This document shows positions 44,481 through 57,100 of a stretch of 64,000 nt of DNA, piece by piece (the stretch's first letter is position 1; the number at the start of each line of letters is the position of its first letter). A program made the position numbers and the translations under genes. Source of the stretch: Eledone cirrhosa. Its lineage: Eukaryota. The notes beneath the pieces were generated by a model. The model was not told the origin of the DNA. It searched no databases and saw only the letters and a program-made list of their open reading frames with translations. The stretch covers positions 159,154,001 through 159,218,000 of the forward strand of contig OZ024740.1 in the NCBI GenBank assembly GCA_964016885.1, read 5' to 3'.

Positions 44481-45876
44481 TCTGCCCTTCCCCAACCTTT
44501 CTTTTGTTGCTTAATCCTTTATTTTCTTTTTCTTCGCGTTTTGTCCCCTTTAATAGTGTTGTTTTTGTTACTGTTCAATAATTTTCTCACACAATTAAAT
44601 TTTGCAAAGCTGCTGTACACGCGAGGCTTCACCTTAGAACATTCTAGAGATTCCTCTTCATTAACCTCACTGTCCTAGAAAAAGGAACATTGGATAATGT
44701 GGTCCAAGATTCTCTGCACGTAGAAAAAGCTCCGGATGGTCATGGTTGGAATGCCTTTAATCATATGTATGCTTGATCATAAATGATCTAGGCTCAACAA
44801 CAAAAAAACACAGTCACCACAACTTTAGACAAACGTGAACACATATAAACACTCACACAAACATACATATATAAACATGAATGCATGCAGACGCACATGC
44901 GTAAGGTCATTAGATATATATAATACAAACTTAACAAAAACACATACAAACAAATATATACACAGTATGTCTGTGATGCCTAATTGTTTCGCCAATTATT
45001 GAATATCAGCAACATGTGAAGTTTAACACTGCGACAGACTACTAAAGAAGATGTCGCGTCGCCTTGTCGTAAGGAGTTGGACTCGTATTTGTTAGGCCAC
45101 GTGGCGTCACGTTTTGTCCTTGAGTACGACCCTTCATTTCATGTTGTACCAGGCCAGTCATCAGAAAAAACAAAATAGAATACCAGCATTAGATAGGGGT
45201 TTAAACTTGTAACGGGTGTCGTGTACTCTCAATTGTTTAACGCCATATAAAACGTGGATAAGCACCGGCCTACTGAGCCATTAGGCTTGAAACAATCTAC
45301 TTTTTTAGTGTGTGGCGTGTGAGATATATTAGAAATGATAAATGTGGAGATACATATGGTTCGGGTGGATTTTTTTTGTTTTTGTTTAGCCCCATATCAT
45401 CTCTGTTCCAAAGAAGTAGATCTGTGGCAGAGAGCAATAAAAGTAATCTGGAGCCTTCAATGTTAGAACTATTCCTTAGTATATTTAGGACAATAATTCC
45501 AAATATACCATTAATTTTGTCCAATCAGTTCTAGTATTAGAGATATGGCACACCCATTACATATTACACCCGTTCTCTAAAACAGGAACCACAGTTGCCT
45601 CTTAATTTAGTTTTGGTGACTTCTCCTCCAATGTCATTCTCTTATCAATCCATGGTAATTCTCCAAGTGAAAATTAAAACTAGGCAAATTAATCTATTAA
45701 TTCACAATTACCATACTCTGAAGCAGGGGTTCCCAAATTAGTTGTAATCGATCTCCTAGGTATTGATGGGACTACCAATATTTATATAATAAATGAAAAT
45801 ATACGAAATAATACGATAAAATAAAACATGTTTATGCAAGTTTGATTCAGATATAATTAGTCGACCAGTACCGTTA

Positions 45877-46190
45877 AGGCGTATGGCTTAGTTGTTAGAG
45901 CGCTGGGCTCGCAATCGTGAGGTTTTGTAAGTTAGATTCTCTGCCCGGATGATGCGTTGTGTCCGCTATTTTCACGTTGCCCCAGTGTACTCAGCTGTAG
46001 AAATCAGTTGCGACGTCACTGGTGCCAAGCTGTATCGGCTATTGTATTTTCCTTGGACAACATCGGTGGTGCGGAGAGGGGTGATTGCTGGTTTTCCACA
46101 AACAACTTTGCCTGGGCTTGTCCCTCGGAGGAGAACTTTCTAGGTGCAAATCATTCATGATTGAAATGGGGAGGGGGGGTCTACTCTTTA
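45877..46190 (+). mobile_element. Second-family tRNA-derived SINE (diverged); older related copy at ~45050-45290
   Basis: GGCGTATGGCTTAGTTGTTAGAGCG head; gcgttgtgtcc...tttcacgttgcccagtgtactcagctg central domain. Confidence 0.6.
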
Positions 46191-46199
46191 CCGTTAATA

Positions 46200-46605
46200 A
46201 TATTTTCTCCTTTTGGTACAAGGCAAGCAATTTGAAGGGAAGGGTAAGTTTGGCCCCAGTGTGTTACTGGTAATTTATTTTATTGATTCCGTAAGGATGA
46301 AAGGCAACGCTAACCTCGGCGAGATTGGAACGTAAAGGGTCATAACCATATTCCGCAAAGCATGTTGTCCGACGTTCTACCGATACTGCCATTCCACCGT
46401 CCTAGTGCCGTATATAATTGTTTCAACTTTTGGCACAAGGCCAGCAAACACCCAGTGCATTACTGGTACTTTATTTTATCGACCCCGTAAGGATGAAAGG
46501 CAAAGTTATCCTCGGCGGGATTTGAACTCAGAATGGAAAGGGCCGTAACTCTATGCGTCAAAGCATGGCGTCCGACCCTCTACCGATACTGCCAATCCAC
46601 CGCCG
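46200..46605 (-). mobile_element. Two tandem SINE copies
   Basis: 46200-46402 and 46415-46605 match the SINE consensus. Confidence 0.85.
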
Positions 46606-47196
46606 TAAATAATGAAGATAATAACGTTGAATATCTTTAATGTTTGTAATTCAGGATTGGTACCACATACATATCAAGTTTATTGGTTATACGAGCAATC
46701 ATACAAACTGAAAATTTTGCATTTTGTATAATATAAACCCTATAGTTTATGTTTGTTTATTGACACTTAGAAGTGATTAGAGATAAGCATGATATTTTAT
46801 CATTTATTTCTAGGATATAATTACATATATATTCAACATGTGTGTGCAGATGACATACATACAAAATGTATGTGTAACCTTGGAGAAATAATGATTTACA
46901 GGGATAAATGTAGGGTTAAAACCCAGCGCCATGTGACTGGAAAGTGAACTTCTTATTGTAACAGCAGGACTGAGATAGGAAATACATTGTGTGTATGTAT
47001 ATGTGTGCAAATTATAAAAAAAAGTTACAGACGAAGATAAATATACAAGTATACAAACACGTAACGTGATATCATGTCTAAATAATCTTTATAGTTTGTT
47101 TATCATAGATTCTGATTACCGCTTTATTTATTTACTTAATTTTGTGCTTGCCTTTGGGTCGATGAGTGGTCAAAGTTTCCATGATGGTGTTTAAGG

Positions 47197-47397
47197 CAGG
47201 CATGTCAAACATGCGGCCCTTTACAAACACACCTGCGGCCCGTACAAAGGTTTCTACTGCACGAGCATATTTTATCTTCGTAATATAAAATCAAAAACAT
47301 CAGTTGTAATGTGCGCAATTAGGTTTCGCGTGTGACCCTGAGATAACACATATGTGACCCATGTGGCTCTCAGGGGCCCCTCAGTTTGACATGCCTG
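47197..47397. mobile_element. hAT-superfamily MITE (201 bp)
   Basis: Perfect 14-bp TIR CAGGCATGTCAAAC; 8-bp TSD GTTTAAGG/GTCTAAGG. Confidence 0.9.
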
Positions 47398-48084
47398 GTC
47401 TAAGGTATGTATCTAAAGCATGAATACAGCTCAGTGTTACTTTGTTTATCATTGTGTGTGGAAATATTGTGCTTTTTATGTGGTAAAAATTGAAGATTTC
47501 AATGTTATTCAACAGATAGGATCTTGCACATTTAGCAATTATTTAATGAAATACTTTACATTTAATATTTATTAATATTATTCTAGTTTTCAGTAGAGAT
47601 ATGTTATAAAGAAATAGTTATATTGGCTATATATCTGTCAAAAATTTATTTTAAAACAATTATGAAATTAAATTGAATTTAAAATAGTTATACGTATTTT
47701 ATTCGTGTTTTTTTTTTCTGTATTTGTTTATTGTCTATTGTTTATAAATTGATGGAATTTAATTAAGAAAATATAGGAAATATAATGAAAGACAAATTTC
47801 AGTTAAATGTTTTGTTATCCAAATATATTAGTCAATAAATGGAGACACCAATATTGCTATCACGACGTATCGTTTTGTATAGCAGTCAAACCAGTGCATT
47901 CATAGTTTATGTATATTCCACATTTACCATTATCATCAATAGCAAAATAGAAGTTTGAACAATATATTAGGCATAGGACTTTTATCGATGATTTAGTATT
48001 TGTAAAGTTACATAATATACTTAACCTAGAACTTGCAGCTATATACAAAATCGAATTTAGTCCATGCATCTATTTAAGACGCAA

Positions 48085-48300
48085 AATTGGCAAGTCGTTA
48101 GAGCGTCGGACAAATTTCTTTAGGTTGTTTTTTTTCTTCTGGTTTCTGTTTTGACTTCAAATTTCAACATTGCTTTATATCCTTTCGGGATTGCTAAAAT
48201 AAAGTACCAGTGTAGGGCGATGAATTGGTTGAATTGTTAGAATATCGACAAAAATGGGTTGTGATAATTGCTCCGGCTATTTGTGTTCTGCGTACAAATA
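48085..48300 (+). mobile_element. Two old partial SINE copies
   Basis: Degenerate A/B boxes and cctttcgggattgctaaaataaagtaccag. Confidence 0.6.
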
Positions 48301-48599
48301 ATTCCGCTGTGTCCTACTTTGGTGGTATAATTAGTCCTTCGCGCGTTTAATACCACCATCTGGTGCTTGTTTCCTTTTAGTGGAGCTCACTCCGTGGGTC
48401 AAGCTTTCAGGCAATGTATCCAGTTAAGAACTCCTTCTCCCCAAAACCATTCCTGAAAGTCTTGAAAAGTATCAAGTATACTGCACTTCACTCTCTAATT
48501 AAATTGTATAAAACGATATATTTAGCTTTTTATATGTTTAATAGACCGGAGAATGGGCATAAACAATCAGGGTATCGGTATTGGTACGAGTACATCTTA

Positions 48600-49100
48600 A
48601 GTTAACACCAGAATCCTATTCTTTATTATTTCAAAAGGCTATATCTTACTTATTTTAAAGTGCAGTTAATGGACCAATATATCTTCTAGACTGTATATTG
48701 TATACGGAGCATTGGAAGAATGGATGATTAGAAAGAAGGAAATACCTGCATTTTGTTGTCCCAACAGTATGGAGAGAAACAAGAAATATTATGAAGTTTA
48801 TTTTTGTTGTCTTATACATATCAATGGCATCAGTTATTACAAAAGAAACACAAGAGAACCTACACTAACCTATTATCAGCGAGTAGTGTTCCGCATTTAA
48901 ATGAGGTTCCTATTCCATCTTTCACTCACCTGCCAGAGCTCCTAAATGATGATGATATAGACTGATAGGTAAAACGTAACAAGAGCGAAACGTGACTGAG
49001 ATTTCAAGGAACTTCAATTATTTAATGTTTTAGGCAATCTAAACTGATTGGTTTCATCGGAGCCTAGCACAAAATATTACTTCTTTAGACTCGTAAATTC
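48600..49100 (+). pseudogene. Relic of a DNA transposase N-terminus, probably Chapaev (CMC)
   Basis: Frameshifted AYLTYFKVQLMDQ...VVPTVWRE...YFC...VPHLNEVPIP resembles Chapaev3 motifs as I recall them. Confidence 0.5.
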
Positions 49101-49204
49101 CTTGCACTGAGCATTATCTGAAACATTCCACAGCCAAAATATAACAATAAATTCTGAAAGTAGTTTCAGTAACCTTCAACATCACTTTGAAAATATCCTA
49201 CACA

Positions 49205-49507
49205 CAATGGGTCTACGTTGACAACCATGTCAAAAGCCGAGCCTGTAGATTGAGGGAGGGCACCTGGGAGCGGGCACCTGCCCTGGCGATCAGGGTGACT
49301 GTAGCTTTTGTCGGCTTTCTCCACGAGTAACCCTCGGAAGTCTCCCTTCTATCGGGGAATTTTTTTTATTTCTATTTTTTTGTAACATCCTTTGTTTTTG
49401 TTTTATACTCATCTCTACACGCAGAAACCCAAATTGGACCGCCGTGTATTGTTGTTAATGTATTTTTATGTAAACCCTTTGCGTTAAATAAGGAAAACAT
49501 TATCATT
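49205..49507 (+). mobile_element. Tx1-type LINE 3' end fragment, followed by a partial SINE (49508-49620) and (TTA)n
   Basis: Matches the 3' UTR at 63020-63280 (gggcacctgccctgg, ctttctccacga, ggggaatt, tacacgcagaaa). Confidence 0.8.
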
Positions 49508-49616
49508 GTTCAAATCCCGCAGAGGTTAACTTTGCCTTTCATCCTTACGGGGTCGATAAAATAAAGTACCAGTAATATACTGGGTATTTGCTGGCCTTGT
49601 GCCAAAAGTAGAAACA

Positions 49617-49652
<36 letters not shown>

Positions 49653-52600
49653 GCCGCCGTTATTACTCTTTGAGTCTCAGTCATTGATGTTAGTTAACTG
49701 GAAAGTTTGTTGAAATGAATATCAAGCCACTACCTCCAGCCTCAGATATTCAGGACGTATCGGAGGGTTCTTGCTGTTCCCAGCAAGCATGCCTTTTGAA
49801 GCGTTCCAAAGAGCGTGAAGGGGCCAATTTTCTTTAACCATCCCTGGAAACGTTTTGAGATAGTCCCTAGTGCGCCTATGACAATCGGGATCACTTTGAC
49901 TTCATGGCAGTTGCAAATCCTTTTTACCTCCCACTTTAAGTCCTGGTATCGGTTAATTATCTCCCTCTCCTTCTCTTGCACTCTTGTGTCGAATGGGCAG
50001 GCCACATCCACAATCAGGCGCGATCTTTTTTCTTTGTCCACAACCACCAGGTTGTGTTCCAGTTTCTTGTCCGTCTGTATCCTAAAATCCCACAGCACCT
50101 TCACCTGATCGTTTTCCATCACCGCCTCTGGCTTATGCTCATACCACTTCTCAGAATGTGGTAAATTGTTTACTTTGCATAGGTGCCAGTGGATCACCCT
50201 GCCCATCACATCATGTCTCCAGCCGTTATAGTGAGTTTGGGCTAGGTGTTTACACTCGGATACAATGTGAACCACAGTCTCCTCTCTCTCTCCACAGATC
50301 CTGCACAGTGGGCTAGCCTCCTCCTTGTAAATGTGGTGTTTCAACCTCTTCGTTTTGAGGGTCTGCTCCTGCGCAGCCATTAACATTTCTTCTGTAGCCT
50401 TTTTAAGGTCTCCTCTTTTCAACCAGTTCCATGTCTGTGGATCTCTAAATTCAGTTCTCTCAAAGAAGGTATTATGAAGGGATTTTTCCTGAAGGCTGCT
50501 CTTTCTCCTTGATGTTATTACCTCCTTGGAGATCCCCTGGCCTATTGTCCCCTCCTTCAGTACAGTTATGAGCATTGGCTCCTTACTATCAGTCGCGTAT
50601 TTGTGTAGGTTGTTTTTCTCCATCTGAACACAGTCCTCTATGCTGATAAGACCTCTTCCACCCTCAGATCTCCTTAGGTAGAGTCTATCGACATCACTCC
50701 TCTTGTGGAACATGTTGTAGATAGTCAATAGCTTCCTAGTCTTCCTATCCATTTCTTTTTGTTCAGCAACATTCCATCTCAGAATTCCCGCACTGTACCT
50801 AATAATAGACACAGCTCGGGAATTTACTGCACTTATGGCATTCCTACTGTTCAGATGTGACTTTAATACGCTCCTTACTCTCCGAATATATTCAGATCTT
50901 ATCAATTCCTTCATTTTTTTGTTCTTGATGTCATCAGCCTCCAGAATACCCAAATACTTGTATCCTTCTTCAGTGTCAATTTCCTTTATCATCTCACCTG
51001 TTGGTACCTGAATTCCGTTGCTTCTGTTCAATTTACCCCTCTTCATCACAATGACTCCACACTTACTAATACAAAATTGCATACATATATCACTGCTGAA
51101 AATACGGACAGTGTCAACAAGCACATCCAACTCCTTCTCACTCTTCCCGAAGAGCTTAAGATCGTCCATGAAGAGGAGGTGATTGATGGTAAGCTCTCCC
51201 TTTCCCAACTTGTATCCTGCTCTCACCTTTCGCAGTATAATGGTCAAGGGCATCAGGGCAAGGACAAACAGCAGAGGGGACAGACTATCTCCCTGGAAGA
51301 TACCTCTCTTGATCTTCACGCCTCCTAAGGATTCTCCAGCTGATGTTAACTCTGTTTTCCAGGACTTCATACTTTTGCCCAACAAATGTCTGATGTTATC
51401 TGTCACCTTGAAGATCTCTAGGCTTTTGGTGATCCAAGAATGAGGCAGCATGTCAAATGCCTTTTTGTAGTCTATCCATCCCATGGCAAGACCAGTGTGT
51501 CTCCTCTTGCAATTCCTCATTACCATCTTATCAATAAGTAACTGGTCCTTTGTACCAGGGGACTTCTTTGGCCATCCTTTCTGTTCGTCCGGTAACAAGT
51601 TGTTTGTGTTTGATGTGATGGTAGATTTCCTCAGACACAATGCTTGTCAACAGTTTCCACATTACGGACAGACATGTGATAGGTCTATAGTTGGTAACAT
51701 CAATACCCTTGATTCGGTCTTTCATTACTTGAACTGTGGTACCTTTTGTCAACCACTCTGGCACCTCACCTGACAACAAGCAGTTATTGAACATGGTTGT
51801 CAGTTTCGGGTGGAGGGATGTTATATTTTTAATCCAATACCCCTGCACACCACCTGGGCCTGGTGATTTCCAGTTGGTTAGTGTTTTGGCCTGTCCCTTA
51901 AGAGTTTCAACTGTGATACTCAAATCAGTTTGTTGGTGTGCCTGTTCACTAATCTCCTTTTGTACTGTCTTAATCCACACTGCCTGGTCATTATGTTTAA
52001 CATCCTGCTCCCATATTCCTCTCCAGAATGTCTTAGTTTGTTCCGCCTCAGGGATCAAGTCTTTGCATCTTTCTTTCCCTTCAAGCTGTCCAAACAGCAT
52101 CTTCTGGTTGTTGTCAAACATGAGTTCTGTCTATACTGACTGACTCTGCTCTCGTATCGCCTAACCTTTGCACTCTTTGCTACAATGCGTTGCTTCAGTT
52201 CCTCTATGATAATATTTAGCTTTATCCTCCCAGTTTTGTACTTTATTTCCAGTCTATTTTTAGTGTCTATGTTTTTTAGTGTCCCATTCACTAGGGACTC
52301 AAGCTTTCCAATGTCATTTCTCATTTCCTTGATTTGACCATTCAGTCGTTTCTTCCACCAAGGTTCTGATCTTTCTTGTTTGTTGTTTCCTCTCGTATTT
52401 ATGCCAAGTAATTTACTCACTGCATTTACTGTTGCTTTGAGGATATTGTTGCACTGGTGAAGGCTCCTCGCCTCAAGGTATGGGATGACTTTGTTTACCT
52501 TAGCTGTTGTTTCTTTTAACTTTTTCCTGTCTACAAATCTTAGGTTCATAGGTTTCCCACTATCATTGTTCGATTCATCTACCACTAAGTTTAGGATATC

Positions 52601-54085
52601 AACCAAATCTTGTCCTAGCCCTAGCATTCATCTCCTCAATGGCCGTATCTTTGTTCGAGGTATTATTTATTTCAGCATTCAGATCATTGTCTGCTTCGGA
52701 TGGTTCCTCCGTTCTCTCAACCTCTTCACCTTCATTTCCCACTGGCTCGTTTGCCTGGCTTACTCCACTCTCCATTTCCAACCTAATCTCTCTGCTCATT
52801 TCCTCAAGTTCCAGCTCGCTTATCCACCCATTAGTTCTTATTATCCGAGCCTGCCCGGCCAATTTTTGTTCATCTAATTTAAATAGACCAATCTCGTTCC
52901 AGGTGTTATGCATCCGTTTCCTATAGCCTTTCTCCTTGGGGTTACTCTTCAGGTAACATTGCATAACAGTTCTATTCAATTCTTTCGTCCAGTTGGTTCT
53001 GGTCCCTTTCCTTCTTCTTCTTCCTCCGACACCAGCAGTATTTGGTTGACAGCCAGGTCCCTGTTGCTGAGCCAGGGAGCAGCTGCTGGGTGAGAGTCTG
53101 TCACATGACATTCCAGTCTCCACTTCACCGTTATTCGAACTGTTTAGGTTCGACATTTAAACACTCTTATCAAGGATTGGTGAATGCATGGTTACATAAC
53201 CACCGGTGATTTCATCACCCTCGGTGATTTTAGTGTGGCACTATCACGCTGTAGACAAACATAAATAAACAAACAAACAAATAGGTTAAAAAAAACCCAA
53301 AATAAACATAAGTTTCATTGTAATGTAATGTTTGAATGTCTGACTTAGTTTTTTTGCTTGTCTGTCTGTCTGTTTGCTTTTCTTTTCTTTTTTTTTCTTT
53401 ACGTTTTTCGTTGCTGCTGTGCTGTTTTGATTTTGATTTTTGGTTTTTTGATTTTTTGACCGGGTCATCAAATCAGTCTATTTATATCTTTTGATGGCTT
53501 CCTTTTTTAGTGGGGACACTACGATGCATGTCTTAGCAGGAGGTAGTGGGAGAGAATATCGGCGGTAGTGATAATGAGGCAGTGGTGGTGGTGGTGGTGG
53601 TGCTGTGCTAGTAGTACTTTGCAGGAGGTAGTGGGAGAGAATAGCGGCGGTAGCGATAATGAGGCAGTGGTGGTGGTGATGTGATCGTAGTACTGTAGTG
53701 ATGGTGTTGAAGTTGAAGTAGAAATAGAAGTTGAGGTAACTTGACTAGAGTTTTTGGCGTTGTAGTGGTGATGGTGGCGGTGGTGGTGTTGGTGGTGAAA
53801 TTATTTGCCTGTCTGTCCACTTAGCCATTTAGCTATTTAGCCAGTTAGCTATTTAGCCAGTTTGCCATTTTCCTCCTTTTCGACTATAACATTTCTGATC
53901 CAAAAATTAAATATTAAATATTGGGGCCCTATGCCGTAAAGTGATGCGTTATGGCTTGCTGAGCGTTAAAAAAATGTAATCTTATACTTCATTTGTAATA
54001 AGAATTATTCTATCACAGTAAAAATCAAAAAACTTACGGGAGCGATTCCATAACGATATATATCCACCATGTGCGTTTTCTTCCC
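49653..54085 (-). mobile_element. R4/Dong-type RLE non-LTR retrotransposon, family A (ORF 53156->49742, three frameshifts)
   Basis: [64 protein letters not shown] and DVACP; 3' end in (TAA)n; 5' limit inferred. Confidence 0.92.
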
Positions 54086-54110
54086 ATTATTATTATTATT
54101 ATTATTATTA

Positions 54111-57100
54111 TAGCTGCATTTATCTTGCTTTATGTTCATACGAGTTATCACCAAGTCACAACCAGTGACCTCAAGAGACAACAAGGTCCGCCATGTTCAA
54201 GAAAGAACATACATACACATGCATCTTTAGGTGTTTAGACTTGTGATGTACTTATATTGACAGAATCTTCCTTAGTATATGGGCAGTTCCCATTAGTACT
54301 ATCTTTTGTATTTCTCCTATACGCGGGTTTCCTGGGATTTGCGATAAGTAATCATTAGACCCCTTAGGTATCATTGCTAGAGCGCCTACAACCACTGGTA
54401 TTGTTTTAGTTCTCAATTTCCACATTTTTCCAATTTCTATCTCCAGGTCCTTATACTTGCTCAATTTTTCAAATGTTTTTATAGATACATTCTTGTCTAT
54501 TGGAACGGACATATCAATTAGCAGGCATACCCTCATTTTAAAGTCCTTCAGTATTATATCAGGTCTATTTGCATCTATTTTTCGGTCTGTTTGGATGCTA
54601 AAGTTCCACAAGATTGAGATGTGATCTTTTTCATGTATGGATGCTCCCACCAATTCTTTTGATGGGGCAGGTCAAAATGCTTACACATTATCCAATGTAT
54701 GTATTGTGCAGCTCTGTCATGCCTGTTTAGGTATTCCGTTGGAGCTATCGGCCTACACTATATGATCAATGGTCACTGGGATTTTTTTTTACGTACTTAA
54801 TGGGTGGCATCCATTTTTTATGATGATTGGCTTGATAATGTTTTTGTTGGCAGAGACTGATCTTGTGCTGATATAATCAGTCCTTCAGTCTCCGATTTCA
54901 GTCCAGAGGATGCCAACCACTGATGGGTTAAAGTTTTGTCAACATCAGGATTGTTAGCTCGTTCTGGGTATTTTCCATACAGAGGCTTTTCTTGCCATTT
55001 CTTAGCCAGTTTCTGTACAGTTCTTTCTTTGCAGTTACTTTTACCTGCTTTGCTTTTTCTGTGTTTTCCATTTCAGCAGTAAATGGGACTTCTGAAATTT
55101 GTAGTCCATTACTGTATCTTTGTGCATCTTTTGTAATGGAATATGATCTTTTGATGCTTTCGTGTTTCAAAACGAGTTTGATATATCCAATCATGTGATT
55201 CCCTTAGATATGTAGACAATCCAAATGTTGCAGTTTTCAACGCAATGTCTAACTGGATTAACCCACGTCCTCCTTCTTTCCTAGGTAGATATATTATATC
55301 TGTATCTGCCTTAGGGTGATGCATTCTGTGCATGGTTAAGAATTTTTAATTTTTGTATCGAGCCTACGGATCTCTGTGCTTGACCAGTTGATGACATTGT
55401 AACTGTATGGCAAGCGTGTTTATGGCATCGATCCTATTCCTTGCATTCAATTCCGTTCTTAAGATTGCTCTTACTCTGCCACATTGTCGAGTGCTTGATT
55501 CCGTCTCCTTCACAAACACCTAGATACTTGTAAGTTTCCTCTTGATCAAGTTCTCTTATCACATTCCCCCGATCAAGATTAATGTCTGAACTTTTCAGCA
55601 GCTTTCCTCTGGTGAACGTTGCTTTGGCGCATTTATCTAGTCCAAACTCCATTTTGATGTCATCACTGAACTGCTCCACAGTAGATAATAGCCCTTGCAA
55701 TTGTTCATCACTTTTTGCAAATAGTTTCAGGTCATCCATGTAGAACAAGTGATTAATGGTTTTGTCATAGACTTTATATCCATGTTTTGTTTCATTGAGC
55801 ATTTTACTTAATGTTATAAGTGCGATGCAGAATAAAAGCGGTGATAAAGAGTCACCGTGAAAAATTCCACAATTAATATTAACTTCTCCAGCTTCCAGTG
55901 ATTTTTCTTCCCTATTCAAAAGGAGTGTCGTTTTCCATGTCTTCATACTGAATGACAGGAACCTCCTGACAACGGGAGATATTTTGAAAATCTCTAAACA
56001 TTTTTCAATCCAACTGTGTGGCAAACTATCGAATGCTTTTTTATAATCTATCCAAGCAATTGATAGATTTTTGTGTCTATTATGACAATCTTCCAGTATC
56101 ATTTTGTTAACCAAAAGCTGATCCTTACAGCCATATGAGCCTCGTTTACACCCTTTCTGCTCATTGGGAAATAGATCATTTGTTATCAGGTGGTCATATG
56201 TATATTCAGTTAGGACTGATGCTAAAATGTTATATATTGTGGTCAAGCAAGTTATCGGTCTGTAATTTTTGGGATTGTTTGTTTCATCATTCTTCGGAAG
56301 CAGGAATGTAATGCCGTTAACTAACCATGATGGTATCTTTTCTGGCTCCTTAACTATTTCATTGTAAAGTTGGGCTAACAGCTCATGAGACTCTGTGAAG
56401 GCATTTATCCCAAAATTTTGTATTTTGTCTTTTCCTGGGGATTTCCATTTGCTGGTTTTTCTTAGAGCCAAGCGCAACTGTTCAACTGTTATATTTTCCC
56501 ATATTTGTTCCTCAAGGTGAGCTGTATCTTTCATTTGTCTGTCTATCCATGGGGCATGTATATTATGAACTTTTTCTTCGGCCCAGAACTTTTCCCAGAA
56601 TTCTTGAACTTCCTCCTTGGGTGGTATTGATTTAGTAGTTATTGTTGACTTGCCAATTTTTCTGTAGAAGTTTCTTTGGTTGTTTTTGAACATATTATTG
56701 TCCTTATAGAATCTAGATCGTTTTTCAAAGCCTCTTATACGAGCAGCTTTGGCCGACACTTTTTGCTTGATTATTTCTATCAGCATGTCTATGTCACTTG
56801 TTGATTTTATAATGTATTTCCTTTTCAATTTTCTAAGTTTAGTTTGTTTAACATGTTCACCTACTTTATAGTTTGTTAAAATTTCTATGTCAGATCGGAG
56901 AAGGTTTATTTGGCGATTGATGTTCTCTTGCCAAGTAGATTTCTTGTGGGAATTCCTTTGTTTTGTCATTTTCACTCCACATAAATGAGTGGTGACTTTA
57001 GCCGAGGCATAATAAAGATGATTTAAATCAGTAATGTTTAATTTGTAAGTGATGACAATGTTTTTGAGAATTATGTTAGTCTTGTGTATTATCGTTTAAT

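Noticed and set aside
45300-45660. Old LINE RT fragment on the minus strand (EATVVPVL...)
   Set aside because: Too degenerate to assign by eye.
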